Below are positions 54,117-62,203 of a stretch of DNA of 64,000 bases, piece after piece. Positions within the stretch are counted from its first letter, which is position 1; each line of letters opens with the position of its first letter. Origin of the DNA: a virus (Duplodnaviria > Heunggongvirae > Uroviricota > Caudoviricetes); IMG/VR virus record IMGVR_UViG_3300034072_000647. One strand, 5' to 3'. The position numbers and the translations under genes are program-made. The notes below the pieces were generated by a model. That model saw nothing but the letters and a program-made list of their open reading frames with translations. It searched no databases and had not been told where the DNA came from.

Positions 54117-54170
54117 CGGCACGATGATAAAGCAATCGCGAGAATTTGTCAAGCCCCTAAAATAAATAAA

Positions 54171-54200
54171 AGAAAAGGGGCTTTTCAGCCCCTTTTCCCT
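54171..54200. terminator. Bidirectional intrinsic terminator downstream of the A1-like gene
   Basis: AAAAGGGGCttttcAGCCCCTTTTC. Confidence 0.7.
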
Positions 54201-54205
54201 TGACA

Positions 54206-55870
54206 TTAGGCAAAAATGATTTGCCGCTGCCCGTTGGCATATGTGATAGTATCCGCGATTGCCCATGACGATGCGCCGATATTATATCCCATTTCCAGCG
54301 ATGCCGTTACGCCAGCCGTAAAGCAAGGATAGAAAATGCTAGGGCTGTGTGTGTGCCCGGTGTTCATCGGAACGCCAAGCGCCGCAAATTGTTTTGGCGA
54401 CCCGCGCGACCCGTTGACACCATTGTGCCCATGATTGCCCATTTCGACACCGGCGATAACTAGGCTTTCATCGGTTTCATGAAAATTGATTTGATCCGAA
54501 TAACCGCCTTCGCCAATTTCTTCATATGCATATTGCAGCATATTGAAATAATCGCCGTTTCCTTCCTCTTTATGGCGGTAAAGCGCCGTCATGCAATCCA
54601 GATAGACAAGTGCGTTTATCGGATCAATCTTAAAGTCAGCATTTTTCAGCCAAGTATTTATGGCCAAATCGTGGTTGCTTTCCACAATGTGAATCTGCCC
54701 GTCATGGCGGAAAGTCGTTTCCGCAATGGCGTCCAGAACGTCGGCCAGCTTTTGCAGGTCGCCGCGCACCGTATTGCCCTTGACGAATTGTTCATGCAGG
54801 AAAGTCGGATCCTTGATATTATGATGGTTCCGGCTGGAAAAATCCAAAACGTCATGCAGGATCACATTTGACGGCTTGAAATTCAGGATCATTTCGCAAG
54901 CGCGATCGAGATTGGCTTGCTCCATCTTTTCCGCATGAATGTCACCGAATTGCAAAGCCGCAACGTCGCCACGCGACAAGGGAACGAAAGCCGATGCGGA
55001 ATAGAAACCGTCCACATCATAGAAGCCGCTTTCGCCGTCCAGCTTGTGCAAATGCCGCATTTCGTTCGTGACAGTATCGACAAACACCGCGCCGATGCAA
55101 TGCGCCGCGCTTGCCTTAGCGCCGCGACCGCGAACGATATAGTTACGCTTGGTAACTGCGCCAGTGCCGACGATGGTTTTCGTTTTCGCGCCCTTCAGTG
55201 CCGCGCCTACGCGAAGCTCAATTTTGGACGTTGGCACGATAGCATGAACGCCGGGAGGCGTATTGCCATCGAATCCTTGCGTCGGCCATTGTGCCGTCAC
55301 GATGACATTTGCGTCGGCCAGAAAATGCGCGCCGTGCAAGTCGATTGTGCCGCGAACAATATAGCGCTTGATCGCCGGATCAAACCAGATATTTGCCTCG
55401 GGATCACCGCTGCCCATATCGTCAAGCGACACTTGACGAAACGCCTTTTTATTATAGACCGTCTGCGCGACCAGAATTTTCGCGCCGTGCATTTCCGCGT
55501 AGCGTTCCAGTGCCGCGAGAAAATCGCGGTCAACATCAGTGTTATTCTGCGCGACGGTCAGGATATAGCGGCCAGCCGGGAAAGCGTCAATATGGTCGCC
55601 AGCTTCCTGAGAAGCCGAAACCGGCATGGCTTCCAGCTTCGCCAGCTTCGCGGCGTCACGCGCCAGCTTCGCGGCTTCGCGCTTGCGCTTGGCGTCTGCC
55701 TTTTCCGCCTGATAGTTGACCAGCATCTGCCAATCATCGTCGGTAGGATCGCGATCAAATTCCGCCGCGAAGTCACCCGACAAGTCATCCCATGCCTTGC
55801 GCTGATTTTCCGGCGTTTTCTTGCGAAATACGCCAGCCGCGCTTGCAAATGCGATGATTTCTGTATTCAT
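54206..55870 (-). CDS. Large metallophosphoesterase, T5 A1-like (554 aa)
   Basis: Motifs GDIHA, HDVLDF, SNHD, GNHGHNG and GHTHSP are present. The start was placed at MNTEIIAF after an AAAGGAG SD. Size and context match the T5 pre-early protein A1 (by inference). Confidence 0.75.
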   Translation of the reverse strand: MNTEIIAFASAAGVFRKKTPENQRKAWDDLSGDFAAEFDRDPTDDDWQMLVNYQAEKADAKRKREAAKLARDAAKLAKLEAMPVSASQEAGDHIDAFPAGRYILTVAQNNTDVDRDFLAALERYAEMHGAKILVAQTVYNKKAFRQVSLDDMGSGDPEANIWFDPAIKRYIVRGTIDLHGAHFLADANVIVTAQWPTQGFDGNTPPGVHAIVPTSKIELRVGAALKGAKTKTIVGTGAVTKRNYIVRGRGAKASAAHCIGAVFVDTVTNEMRHLHKLDGESGFYDVDGFYSASAFVPLSRGDVAALQFGDIHAEKMEQANLDRACEMILNFKPSNVILHDVLDFSSRNHHNIKDPTFLHEQFVKGNTVRGDLQKLADVLDAIAETTFRHDGQIHIVESNHDLAINTWLKNADFKIDPINALVYLDCMTALYRHKEEGNGDYFNMLQYAYEEIGEGGYSDQINFHETDESLVIAGVEMGNHGHNGVNGSRGSPKQFAALGVPMNTGHTHSPSIFYPCFTAGVTASLEMGYNIGASSWAIADTITYANGQRQIIFA

Positions 55871-56002
55871 TTCATAGGCTCCTTTGCCACTAAGAATTTG
55901 CAAGTCCGTTTCCCGTCCTTGCCCTCCCCTTATACAGACGCCAGCGGATAACACAATAGGGAAAATTCGATTAGTGCGATTTTATTTAGAAAATTTTTTC
56001 GC

Positions 56003-56080
56003 TTGACAAGTCGCGGCGAACCTGCCAAAATCGGCGCAAAATTAAGGCTCTTGAGAATCATTCTCAAGAGCCTCATTTTT
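56003..56080 (+). promoter_or_regulatory. Promoter-hairpin-T-tract unit: TTGACA-N17-CAAAAT-CGGCGCAAAA plus GGCTCTTGAGAATCATTCTCAAGAGCC plus TCATTTTT
   Basis: Perfect 27-bp palindrome followed by a T-run. Genes on both sides are on the minus strand. Confidence 0.55.
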
Positions 56081-56084
56081 AGCT

Positions 56085-56255
56085 TAGCGGCGTTTTGACC
56101 GGCAAGTCATTGTCAAGCGCAAATTTCAGCCGCCCCAACGGCCCTAGCGCCTTTTCCGCGTTGGGTGGAACGTCCATATTTGACTTTAGCAACGTCCAGT
56201 AAATGAAAACGCAAAGCAATATGCCAAAAATAGACAGGATAGTTTCAGTCCACAT
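56085..56255 (-). CDS. Small membrane protein (56 aa)
   Basis: Unlisted ORF MWTETILSIFGILLCVFIYW... ATGTGGACTGA overlap with the upstream ORF. Confidence 0.4.
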
Positions 56256-56421
56256 TTGCTAAATCCTCCAACGCGATCATATCGCGCATTTGCAGTTGCA
56301 TTTCGCGCCAAAAAGCGCGGCGATACTCTAACGGCCGGTCGCGAATTTTCGTTACCATTTCCGCGAGGAATGAAGCTAAAGCGCCTTGCGCCCTAGCTTC
56401 ACCCTTTTCCGTTTCGTTCAT
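56245..56421 (-). CDS. Hypothetical small protein (58 aa)
   Basis: Unlisted ORF MNETEKGEARAQ... ATGA overlap with the stop of the HAD gene. Confidence 0.4.
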   Translation of the reverse strand: MNETEKGEARAQGALASFLAEMVTKIRDRPLEYRRAFWREMQLQMRDMIALEDLANVD

Positions 56422-56930
56422 GCGGCCAGCCGCAGGCGGGCATTTTCCCGCGTCGCGTCAATCATCATGACATCATCAGCCAGTGCCCGAATGACGCCTA
56501 GATTGTCATCGAACATGATCGCGCCCATTTCGCGGATAGTGTCGAAACCTTGCGAAAACGCATAGTCTGACAGTAGCTTGATTTTCAGCGCGCCGTCGCC
56601 CATCGTTTCGTGATCCGGGCCAGCCATCAGCCGATGCAGGCAAGCATGATGATGCAAACCATTATCGGCCAAGAATTGCGTATAAATTGCGCCCAAGTCA
56701 ACGCCATTCAGCGGCGAAAAATCACGCGCCGTGCAAATGACGATTGTATGACCGGCGGCAAACATAGTCCGCATGGAAGCCGCCAGCGGCAAGAGCGTAT
56801 CGCGAGCGATCATTTCCGGCGTGCTATTAGCAAACCAAAAATCGAGGTCGCAATGGCCATCTGCATTGTTACGGTAGCGATGCGACGTGTCGATGACAGT
56901 GCCATCCAAGTCAAAAATCACATAAGCCAT
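56418..56930 (-). CDS. HAD-superfamily phosphatase, T5 Dmp (5'-deoxyribonucleotidase)-like
   Basis: Contains HAD motif I (FDLDGTV). Its position next to the A1-like gene matches the T5 layout. Confidence 0.65.
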   Translation of the reverse strand: MAYVIFDLDGTVIDTSHRYRNNADGHCDLDFWFANSTPEMIARDTLLPLAASMRTMFAAGHTIVICTARDFSPLNGVDLGAIYTQFLADNGLHHHACLHRLMAGPDHETMGDGALKIKLLSDYAFSQGFDTIREMGAIMFDDNLGVIRALADDVMMIDATRENARLRLAA

Positions 56931-57047
56931 TTTGGTTTCCTTTTTTAAGCGATGTTTCCCTATCGCTGAAATTGTTATGCCTTAACCCAGCGATGATTGC
57001 AAGCCTAAAAATACGATTAAAAAGATTTATTTATTGAAAATTTTCGC

Positions 57048-57125
57048 TTGACAAATGCCTGCGCCGGCCCTAAAATCGGCGCAAATTGGGGTTATTGAGA
57101 ATCAATCTCAATAACCCCTTTGCTT
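57048..57125 (+). promoter_or_regulatory. Promoter-hairpin-T-tract unit: TTGACA-N17-TAAAAT-CGGCGCAAATT plus GGGGTTATTGAGAATCAATCTCAATAACCCC plus TTTGCTT
   Basis: Same module family. The hairpin core TTGAGAAT..ATTCTCAA is shared with the units at 52260 and 56003. Confidence 0.55.
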
Positions 57126-57387
57126 ATGTCGGAAATACAATCAAAGCCAGCAAAATGGATTGCAAGAAAATTCCGACGCTTTCCGAAACAATGTAAAGCA
57201 TCTGGCGATTGTATATGGAGCGCAGCAGGAACAAAAAGAGTCCAGCCCAGACCATAAGGACCATTGAAAGCGGCGGCAATTCATGGGACCAGCCCATAAT
57301 CACGCCGACCAGACTAGGGATTGCCGCGCCTTGAATAAGGCAAATTCCGACATATCCGCCAGCCTCAAATGCCTTTGCTTTGCTCAT
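57124..57387 (-). CDS. Small membrane protein (3 TM)
   Basis: ORF. Confidence 0.5.
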   Translation of the reverse strand: MSKAKAFEAGGYVGICLIQGAAIPSLVGVIMGWSHELPPLSMVLMVWAGLFLFLLRSIYNRQMLYIVSESVGIFLQSILLALIVFPT

Positions 57388-57494
57388 TATTCTGTCTCCA
57401 GACCGAAAGCTGAATTTTATATTGCCATTCCTTCCTTATCTTAGCAGCGGCCTTGCCGCTGTCAAGCGTTCCGATGAAAGGTGGATCGAATTTT

Positions 57495-57746
57495 CTAGTT
57501 GACGACATGCAAGTCAATCCCTTTAAGCCGCTTGACGCGAAGCAAGAGCGACTGAATTTCGGGAATGTCTGCGCCATACATGACGATTTCATCTTCCAGC
57601 AATTCATGCAAATAATCGACTTCGCTTTCCGTTAGCGTCAAGGTGAAAGTCGGAGGAACGTCGCCGTTATCATATCCGGCGGCCAGACGTTCCAGTTGAA
57701 TTAGGGCTTGTGTTACCATTTTTTCGGCCTTCCCTTTGCTTTCCAA
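57495..57746 (-). CDS. Hypothetical protein (83 aa)
   Basis: ORF. Confidence 0.45.
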   Translation of the reverse strand: MESKGKAEKMVTQALIQLERLAAGYDNGDVPPTFTLTLTESEVDYLHELLEDEIVMYGADIPEIQSLLLRVKRLKGIDLHVVN

Positions 57747-58458
57747 TATCCGTCGCTATATCCGCGCTTATATTCACTAGACCATTCCCGCGAGCCTGTC
57801 AAGTCGCCATTGATAAAGGCGGCCTTGCCGTCGCGAAGACCGGCGATGTATTGTGCAGCTTGCTTGTTCGTTTTCATGCCCCGATTATATCAAATTCGCC
57901 AACCCATGCAACAGAAAAAACGTGTCAAGTAAAAATAAAAATCTTTGCTCTTGACACATTTTTCGCTTGACGCCACCTTCACGCTAGTATATATGTAATG
58001 TATGGCTGGGAAATCGGCCAAAATTTTCGGCGCAAAATGGGGTCGTCATCCCATTATAGCAAGTCTGCATATGGCAGTCAAATAAAAAATGAGGCCGAAG
58101 CCTCATTCTTTGAGTTTTCTTTCTATGTCATATGGGTTGGCATAACCACAATAGCGAAGGCTCTTGAATGTCCTCTCCTCCGCCCTTGTCATCTTGCGAC
58201 CGAGAAGGCTTTCCACCTCTTTGCGAATGTTGATAATCATATCAGCGCGCCCCCTTCCAATCTGCCCGCATCTTGACACCGGCCGTGCCGCGCCATGCCG
58301 GAATACGGTCGATCATTTCCTGCCCACCCTTGCGGGTCGCGGCAGTTGCGAGAAGCGCGTTGCTCTTGATATCAACGATAACGAAGGGCGATGCATTCAT
58401 GTCCGTGTCTCCTCAGTTGGTAGGGCCATCTTAGCAGCCCTACCAATCGAGTCAACAT

Positions 58459-58722
58459 TTATTTTTCCATCGCCTCAAATTCTTCCGCGAAGGAATTGCC
58501 ACCAACGCGCAGCATGTCGTGCTTATAGGGATCGTATTCCTCGACCCAATAATCCGGCCCCTCGTCCTCGAGCCCACTTTCCTCCTCGGGCGCTTCCCAG
58601 CGTTCCCACGCATAGCAGTGGGCGTCGGTTTCCGCAGCCTCTAGGCTGTCATATATGCCCAGCGCATCGCAATAGTCCGTGCCGACATAGGGCGCCCAAT
58701 TACCCTGAATGATAACGCGCAT
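58459..58722 (-). CDS. Acidic hypothetical protein (87 aa)
   Basis: ORF with a TAATG overlap to the upstream ORF. Confidence 0.5.
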   Translation of the reverse strand: MRVIIQGNWAPYVGTDYCDALGIYDSLEAAETDAHCYAWERWEAPEEESGLEDEGPDYWVEEYDPYKHDMLRVGGNSFAEEFEAMEK

Positions 58723-58895
58723 TACAATTCTCCATTAAGGAACAATTCGACGGTTTCGCTGGCGACTTCCTCCGGCGAATCCCCCTGCTCATACATATCC
58801 CAATACATCTGATCGGGCAAGTCATCGGTGGTCAAGCAGCTAAGCTGTTCCGCGACAAGATTGTCCACCTTTGCCTTCCAAGCCTCGAACGACAT
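58722..58895 (-). CDS. Hypothetical acidic small protein (57 aa)
   Basis: Unlisted ORF MSFEAWKAKVDN... after an AGGAGA SD. Confidence 0.45.
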   Translation of the reverse strand: MSFEAWKAKVDNLVAEQLSCLTTDDLPDQMYWDMYEQGDSPEEVASETVELFLNGEL

Positions 58896-58963
58896 TGCCT
58901 TATCTCCTGAAATTGAGCCTTATAATAAAACGAAAAAAGCACCTTGTCAACAAATCTTTTCAG

Positions 58964-59036
58964 TTGACATTGAATTGAATCTGTGCTAAAATCGGCGCCA
59001 ATTTGAGCGCATTGAAAATGCGCTCATTGAATATTG
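58964..59036 (+). promoter_or_regulatory. Promoter-hairpin unit: TTGACA-N17-TAAAAT-CGGCGCCAATT plus TGAGCGCATTgaaaAATGCGCTCA
   Basis: Same module family. Confidence 0.5.
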
Positions 59037-59050
59037 ACTTATAACTTAGA

Positions 59051-59191
59051 TCAATTTTCGTCCTGTTCCCGGTCTGTTCTCGTTCCGTTCCCGTTCCGTT
59101 CCGCCAGCGCCGCCTGCCCGGATATGAAATACCATATCACCGCTCCGTATACGATTGCGATGACACCGATGGATGCGATAACGTCCGACAT
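59051..59191 (-). CDS. Small membrane protein with NG-rich repeat tail (46 aa)
   Basis: Unlisted ORF MSDVIASIGVIAIVYGAVIWYF...ERNGNGTRT. It overlaps a GTTCC tandem repeat. Confidence 0.35.
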   Translation of the reverse strand: MSDVIASIGVIAIVYGAVIWYFISGQAALAERNGNGTRTDREQDEN

Positions 59192-59295
59192 GCTGCTAAG
59201 TCCTTGATATTGCTGGATTTCGGCGCCTCCTGCGAGGCGTTCTCATTTAGCCTAAAGCTAATGCTATCCCGCCGCGAGGCGGGATAGTGAGAGCC

Positions 59296-59481
59296 TTAGT
59301 CTTCAAAGACTTCGCAATGTTCTATCATGCGATTGTCGTTAGCTTCGCTAACGAAGTCGATTGCCTCCTCCTTCGTCATGCAGCCATTTTCCCACGACAC
59401 ATAGACTTCCTCGGGAAGCATGAAGGTAGCGACGCCCCAATCGTCATGCGCCCAGATGATGTTGGTTACGATGAAATTCAT
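59296..59481 (-). CDS. Hypothetical protein (61 aa)
   Basis: Started at MNFIVTN. Confidence 0.4.
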   Translation of the reverse strand: MNFIVTNIIWAHDDWGVATFMLPEEVYVSWENGCMTKEEAIDFVSEANDNRMIEHCEVFED

Positions 59482-59494
59482 AGTCAGGGTTCCT

Positions 59495-59755
59495 TTACAG
59501 ATAGACGATAACGGCATAGCGCTCGGGATCATCTATAACGTCAATGCGAAGATCCGCTATTTCCGCCTTTAGCTGTTCATAGCTGCGCGTTAGAACATGG
59601 TTACGTATCGCTTCCCATGCATCCACACCTTCCAGCGAGAGCAAGGGCGTTTCAGTATCGCCATTAACGATAGTGAAGTAGCAGGCCAGGCAGGCGGGCA
59701 GCTCGTTGGTCATGGCTTCGTTTCCTTCGTTGTCAACACCTCCGATTATACACAT
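59495..59755 (-). CDS. Hypothetical protein (86 aa)
   Basis: ORF. Confidence 0.4.
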   Translation of the reverse strand: MCIIGGVDNEGNEAMTNELPACLACYFTIVNGDTETPLLSLEGVDAWEAIRNHVLTRSYEQLKAEIADLRIDVIDDPERYAVIVYL

Positions 59756-59832
59756 ATTTTGCCCCTTGTGTGAAAAAAGAATCGTGTGTTTTCAATGGCT
59801 TATAAGATTTTTCTGGACCAAGTATAGATTCA

Positions 59833-59935
59833 AGTATCTGCCAAGTAATACATTGCTATTGACAAGTATTGCCTAAATTAAGCGAAGTAAAAGAAATCGC
59901 TTGACAAGTATAGGGGCGGTTACGAGACAAGTAAA
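59833..59935. repeat. Four copies of (T)GACAAGTA(T/A) upstream of the Myb/T5orf172 gene
   Basis: ctgccaagtaat, attgacaagtattg, cttgacaagtatag, gagacaagtaaaaa. Confidence 0.45.
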
Positions 59936-60003
59936 AATACCCATTCCCAGGTCCCACCCACATGCGGTAAATTGGATTTTTCTGATTTCAAAAAAGGGTG
60001 CTG

Positions 60004-60909
60004 TTAAATCAAATCCTCGATACAATTACATTCAGATATGAAACATTCCGTATTGCCATTGGGCAACCCCGGATTTACCCTACTTTCCCTCAATTTCCAC
60101 AAAATTTCCCGCTCTGTTTCAATTGCCTCATCTAAATCTGGAAACTTCACGAAGTCTAATAACTTATACGCTGGGAACCCCCTAAAACGACTTTCTGTGT
60201 CTCTCTGAGTTATACCTATTTTTTTAAATTTACCAAAATCTACTAAATATAAATAAGTTTCTTTATTCTTCTTAAGAACACTATGATTTATATCTAATCC
60301 GGCTAACTCCAAGGCTTTTACCCAACTACCAAAACGCCCCACGACCGCCATAGAGCTAGGTTCTTCATCCTCTCGGAAGTAATCTAATCTTTCTTTGACT
60401 ACATATTTTCTAACCAAATCCAGCAGATACTCATCTGTATATTCTTTCTTAACTCCCAAACCTCTAGTACGTACCACGTTAGTTATAGCAGCTTCACTAC
60501 GCCCTAGAACCTCTGCAATGTACTTGTACTGATGACCCTTCTCTATTAGTTCTTTGACTTTACTAATATCAGCCTCGATCCAAGAACCTTCTCTATGCTT
60601 TTTACCTCTACGAACCTTTTCGAGCCCCTCCAGCTTAGACAATCTTCTAGATATAGAAGCCTCCGTACGGCCCAATTGTTTAGCTATAGCTTTATAAGTT
60701 TCTTTCGATTCATATAACTCTATAAGTAATTCATCCTCATAGTCTTTCCAGGATTCTCTAATTACGTTAGATTCTAGTACCCCGTATTGTATTAATTTAG
60801 ATATTCTACATTGTATCGCCTTTGTAGTTCTTCCCTCTATTTCCGGAAATTCATCCCTCTCTCTGGCGTTAATTATAATTTGATCTTCTTCTTTTGTCCA
60901 TCGTTTCAT
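60004..60909 (-). CDS. Myb/SANT-like repeat protein with C-terminal T5orf172 (GIY-YIG superfamily) domain
   Basis: The N-terminal half has three W..EED..I / HTH-like repeats. The C-terminal region LYLVDFGKFKKIGITQRDTESRF has a GIY...YIG...R arrangement like the T5orf172 domain. The AT content is atypical, which suggests a homing-endonuclease-like mobile gene. Confidence 0.65.
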   Translation of the reverse strand: MKRWTKEEDQIIINARERDEFPEIEGRTTKAIQCRISKLIQYGVLESNVIRESWKDYEDELLIELYESKETYKAIAKQLGRTEASISRRLSKLEGLEKVRRGKKHREGSWIEADISKVKELIEKGHQYKYIAEVLGRSEAAITNVVRTRGLGVKKEYTDEYLLDLVRKYVVKERLDYFREDEEPSSMAVVGRFGSWVKALELAGLDINHSVLKKNKETYLYLVDFGKFKKIGITQRDTESRFRGFPAYKLLDFVKFPDLDEAIETEREILWKLRESRVNPGLPNGNTECFISECNCIEDLI

Positions 60910-61024
60910 GTTTAGAGTATAGATTAATTTTGATCAAATGTCAAGAATTTTTATAACATTTGAAAATTTACCTTGACTCTCTTTAGGTGAATTTGATATA
61001 CTACTCAAAATAAGGAGAATTTTA

Positions 61025-61453
61025 ATGACCGCACTAACCATTTCACCGGAGGGGCTAGAAGTTGCAAACGCATACCTACAATATGGTGATGTTAAAACTG
61101 TAGCTTATGAATTGGAAATACCACAGCATGAGGTCGTAAGACAACTACAACTGACTCATGTTAAAAAATACCTAGATGGAGTCTATTTAGACTTAGGCTA
61201 CCGTAATAGAACTAAACTAGCTTCTGTTCTGGATAAAGTGATCGATGCCAAGCTAGAAGAAGCTGAAGAGACAGGCATATACTCAAGTAAAGACTTGATA
61301 GATATATTACAACTAGCTCATAAGCTTCGCATGGACGAAATAAAGTTACAAAAAGAAGAGAAAACTATTGACTCCCAGACCAACATTCAGGTCAACCAAT
61401 ACGGAGACTCTAGTTACGGGAAGCTTATGGAAAGGCTTCTGGAGAAAAAGTAA
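61025..61453 (+). CDS. Putative terminase small subunit (DNA-binding, HTH N-terminus)
   Basis: Position immediately upstream of the large terminase. Helical, with an HTH-like N terminus. Assigned by position only. Confidence 0.45.
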   Translation: MTALTISPEGLEVANAYLQYGDVKTVAYELEIPQHEVVRQLQLTHVKKYLDGVYLDLGYRNRTKLASVLDKVIDAKLEEAEETGIYSSKDLIDILQLAHKLRMDEIKLQKEEKTIDSQTNIQVNQYGDSSYGKLMERLLEKK

Positions 61454-61872
61454 TGAAGACTATTAAGAGAGGATACGTGAAGTGGGAAGAGAACGGTGTT
61501 TTCCACAAGGAGCCCCTTTACAAGCACCCCGATCTGCTAGCTTCCGCATCCGTTGAAGACCAGATCGCCGCAGAGGAAGTTCGTCGACTTAATGAAGCTG
61601 CAGAAGAATTTCTATTGGAGCGTGAACTGGAAGGTCAGGAGGACGCTGAAGCCGTTCTAGAGGCTTTGAAGGCTGCACCAGATGATGTTCTTACTGCTGA
61701 ACAGCTTGCTGTAGATGACGAGGGGAATCCTGTCCCAGAAGCCGTGGAGCCGATTGACTCGGAGGATCTTCAGACTGTAGAAGCTACCAAGATCCCTGCA
61801 GGATCTATCACAGCAGATATGCTAGCCGCAGACGTTAATGACGACAGTAACAACGACGGAGACAGCGACTAA
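61453..61872 (+). CDS. Acidic hypothetical protein (139 aa)
   Basis: ORF whose stop overlaps the start of the upstream gene. Confidence 0.5.
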   Translation: MKTIKRGYVKWEENGVFHKEPLYKHPDLLASASVEDQIAAEEVRRLNEAAEEFLLERELEGQEDAEAVLEALKAAPDDVLTAEQLAVDDEGNPVPEAVEPIDSEDLQTVEATKIPAGSITADMLAADVNDDSNNDGDSD

Positions 61873-62203
61873 TACATCGGCGGTAGCACCTGCCGTAGTA
61901 GCTGTTCAGCCCGCGTCGGTCGTCGTCCCTAGCACATATCTCGCCGCCTCGGATCGCAGAAAGGGCTTCGCCCTATTTTTCCTAGCCGGCGGTGGTGCAA
62001 TGATGACAATCTACGCATCTATAGTTCTGTATCTAGTTCAGGAGTATCCGCGCTACGCATACTATCTCGGACTATTTGCAATGTTAAACATATTTATGAT
62101 ATTCACCGGCCTGGTAGGCATGTTCGTTAAGAGATCGATCAATGTTACTAGAAATGGTGTAATTATTGAGGATCAAAATGGCAGTCAAGATCAGCAGAGC
62201 TGA
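61838..62203 (+). CDS. Small membrane protein
   Basis: ORF with 2 TM helices. The start may be the internal MMTIYAS. Confidence 0.4.
   Translation: MTTVTTTETATNTSAVAPAVVAVQPASVVVPSTYLAASDRRKGFALFFLAGGGAMMTIYASIVLYLVQEYPRYAYYLGLFAMLNIFMIFTGLVGMFVKRSINVTRNGVIIEDQNGSQDQQS

Noticed and set aside
54917-55951. 344 aa plus-strand ORF
   Set aside because: Antisense to the A1-like metallophosphoesterase. R-rich artefact of GC-rich DNA.
58164-58712. 182 aa plus-strand ORF
   Set aside because: P/R-rich translation of GC-rich DNA that overlaps better minus-strand genes.
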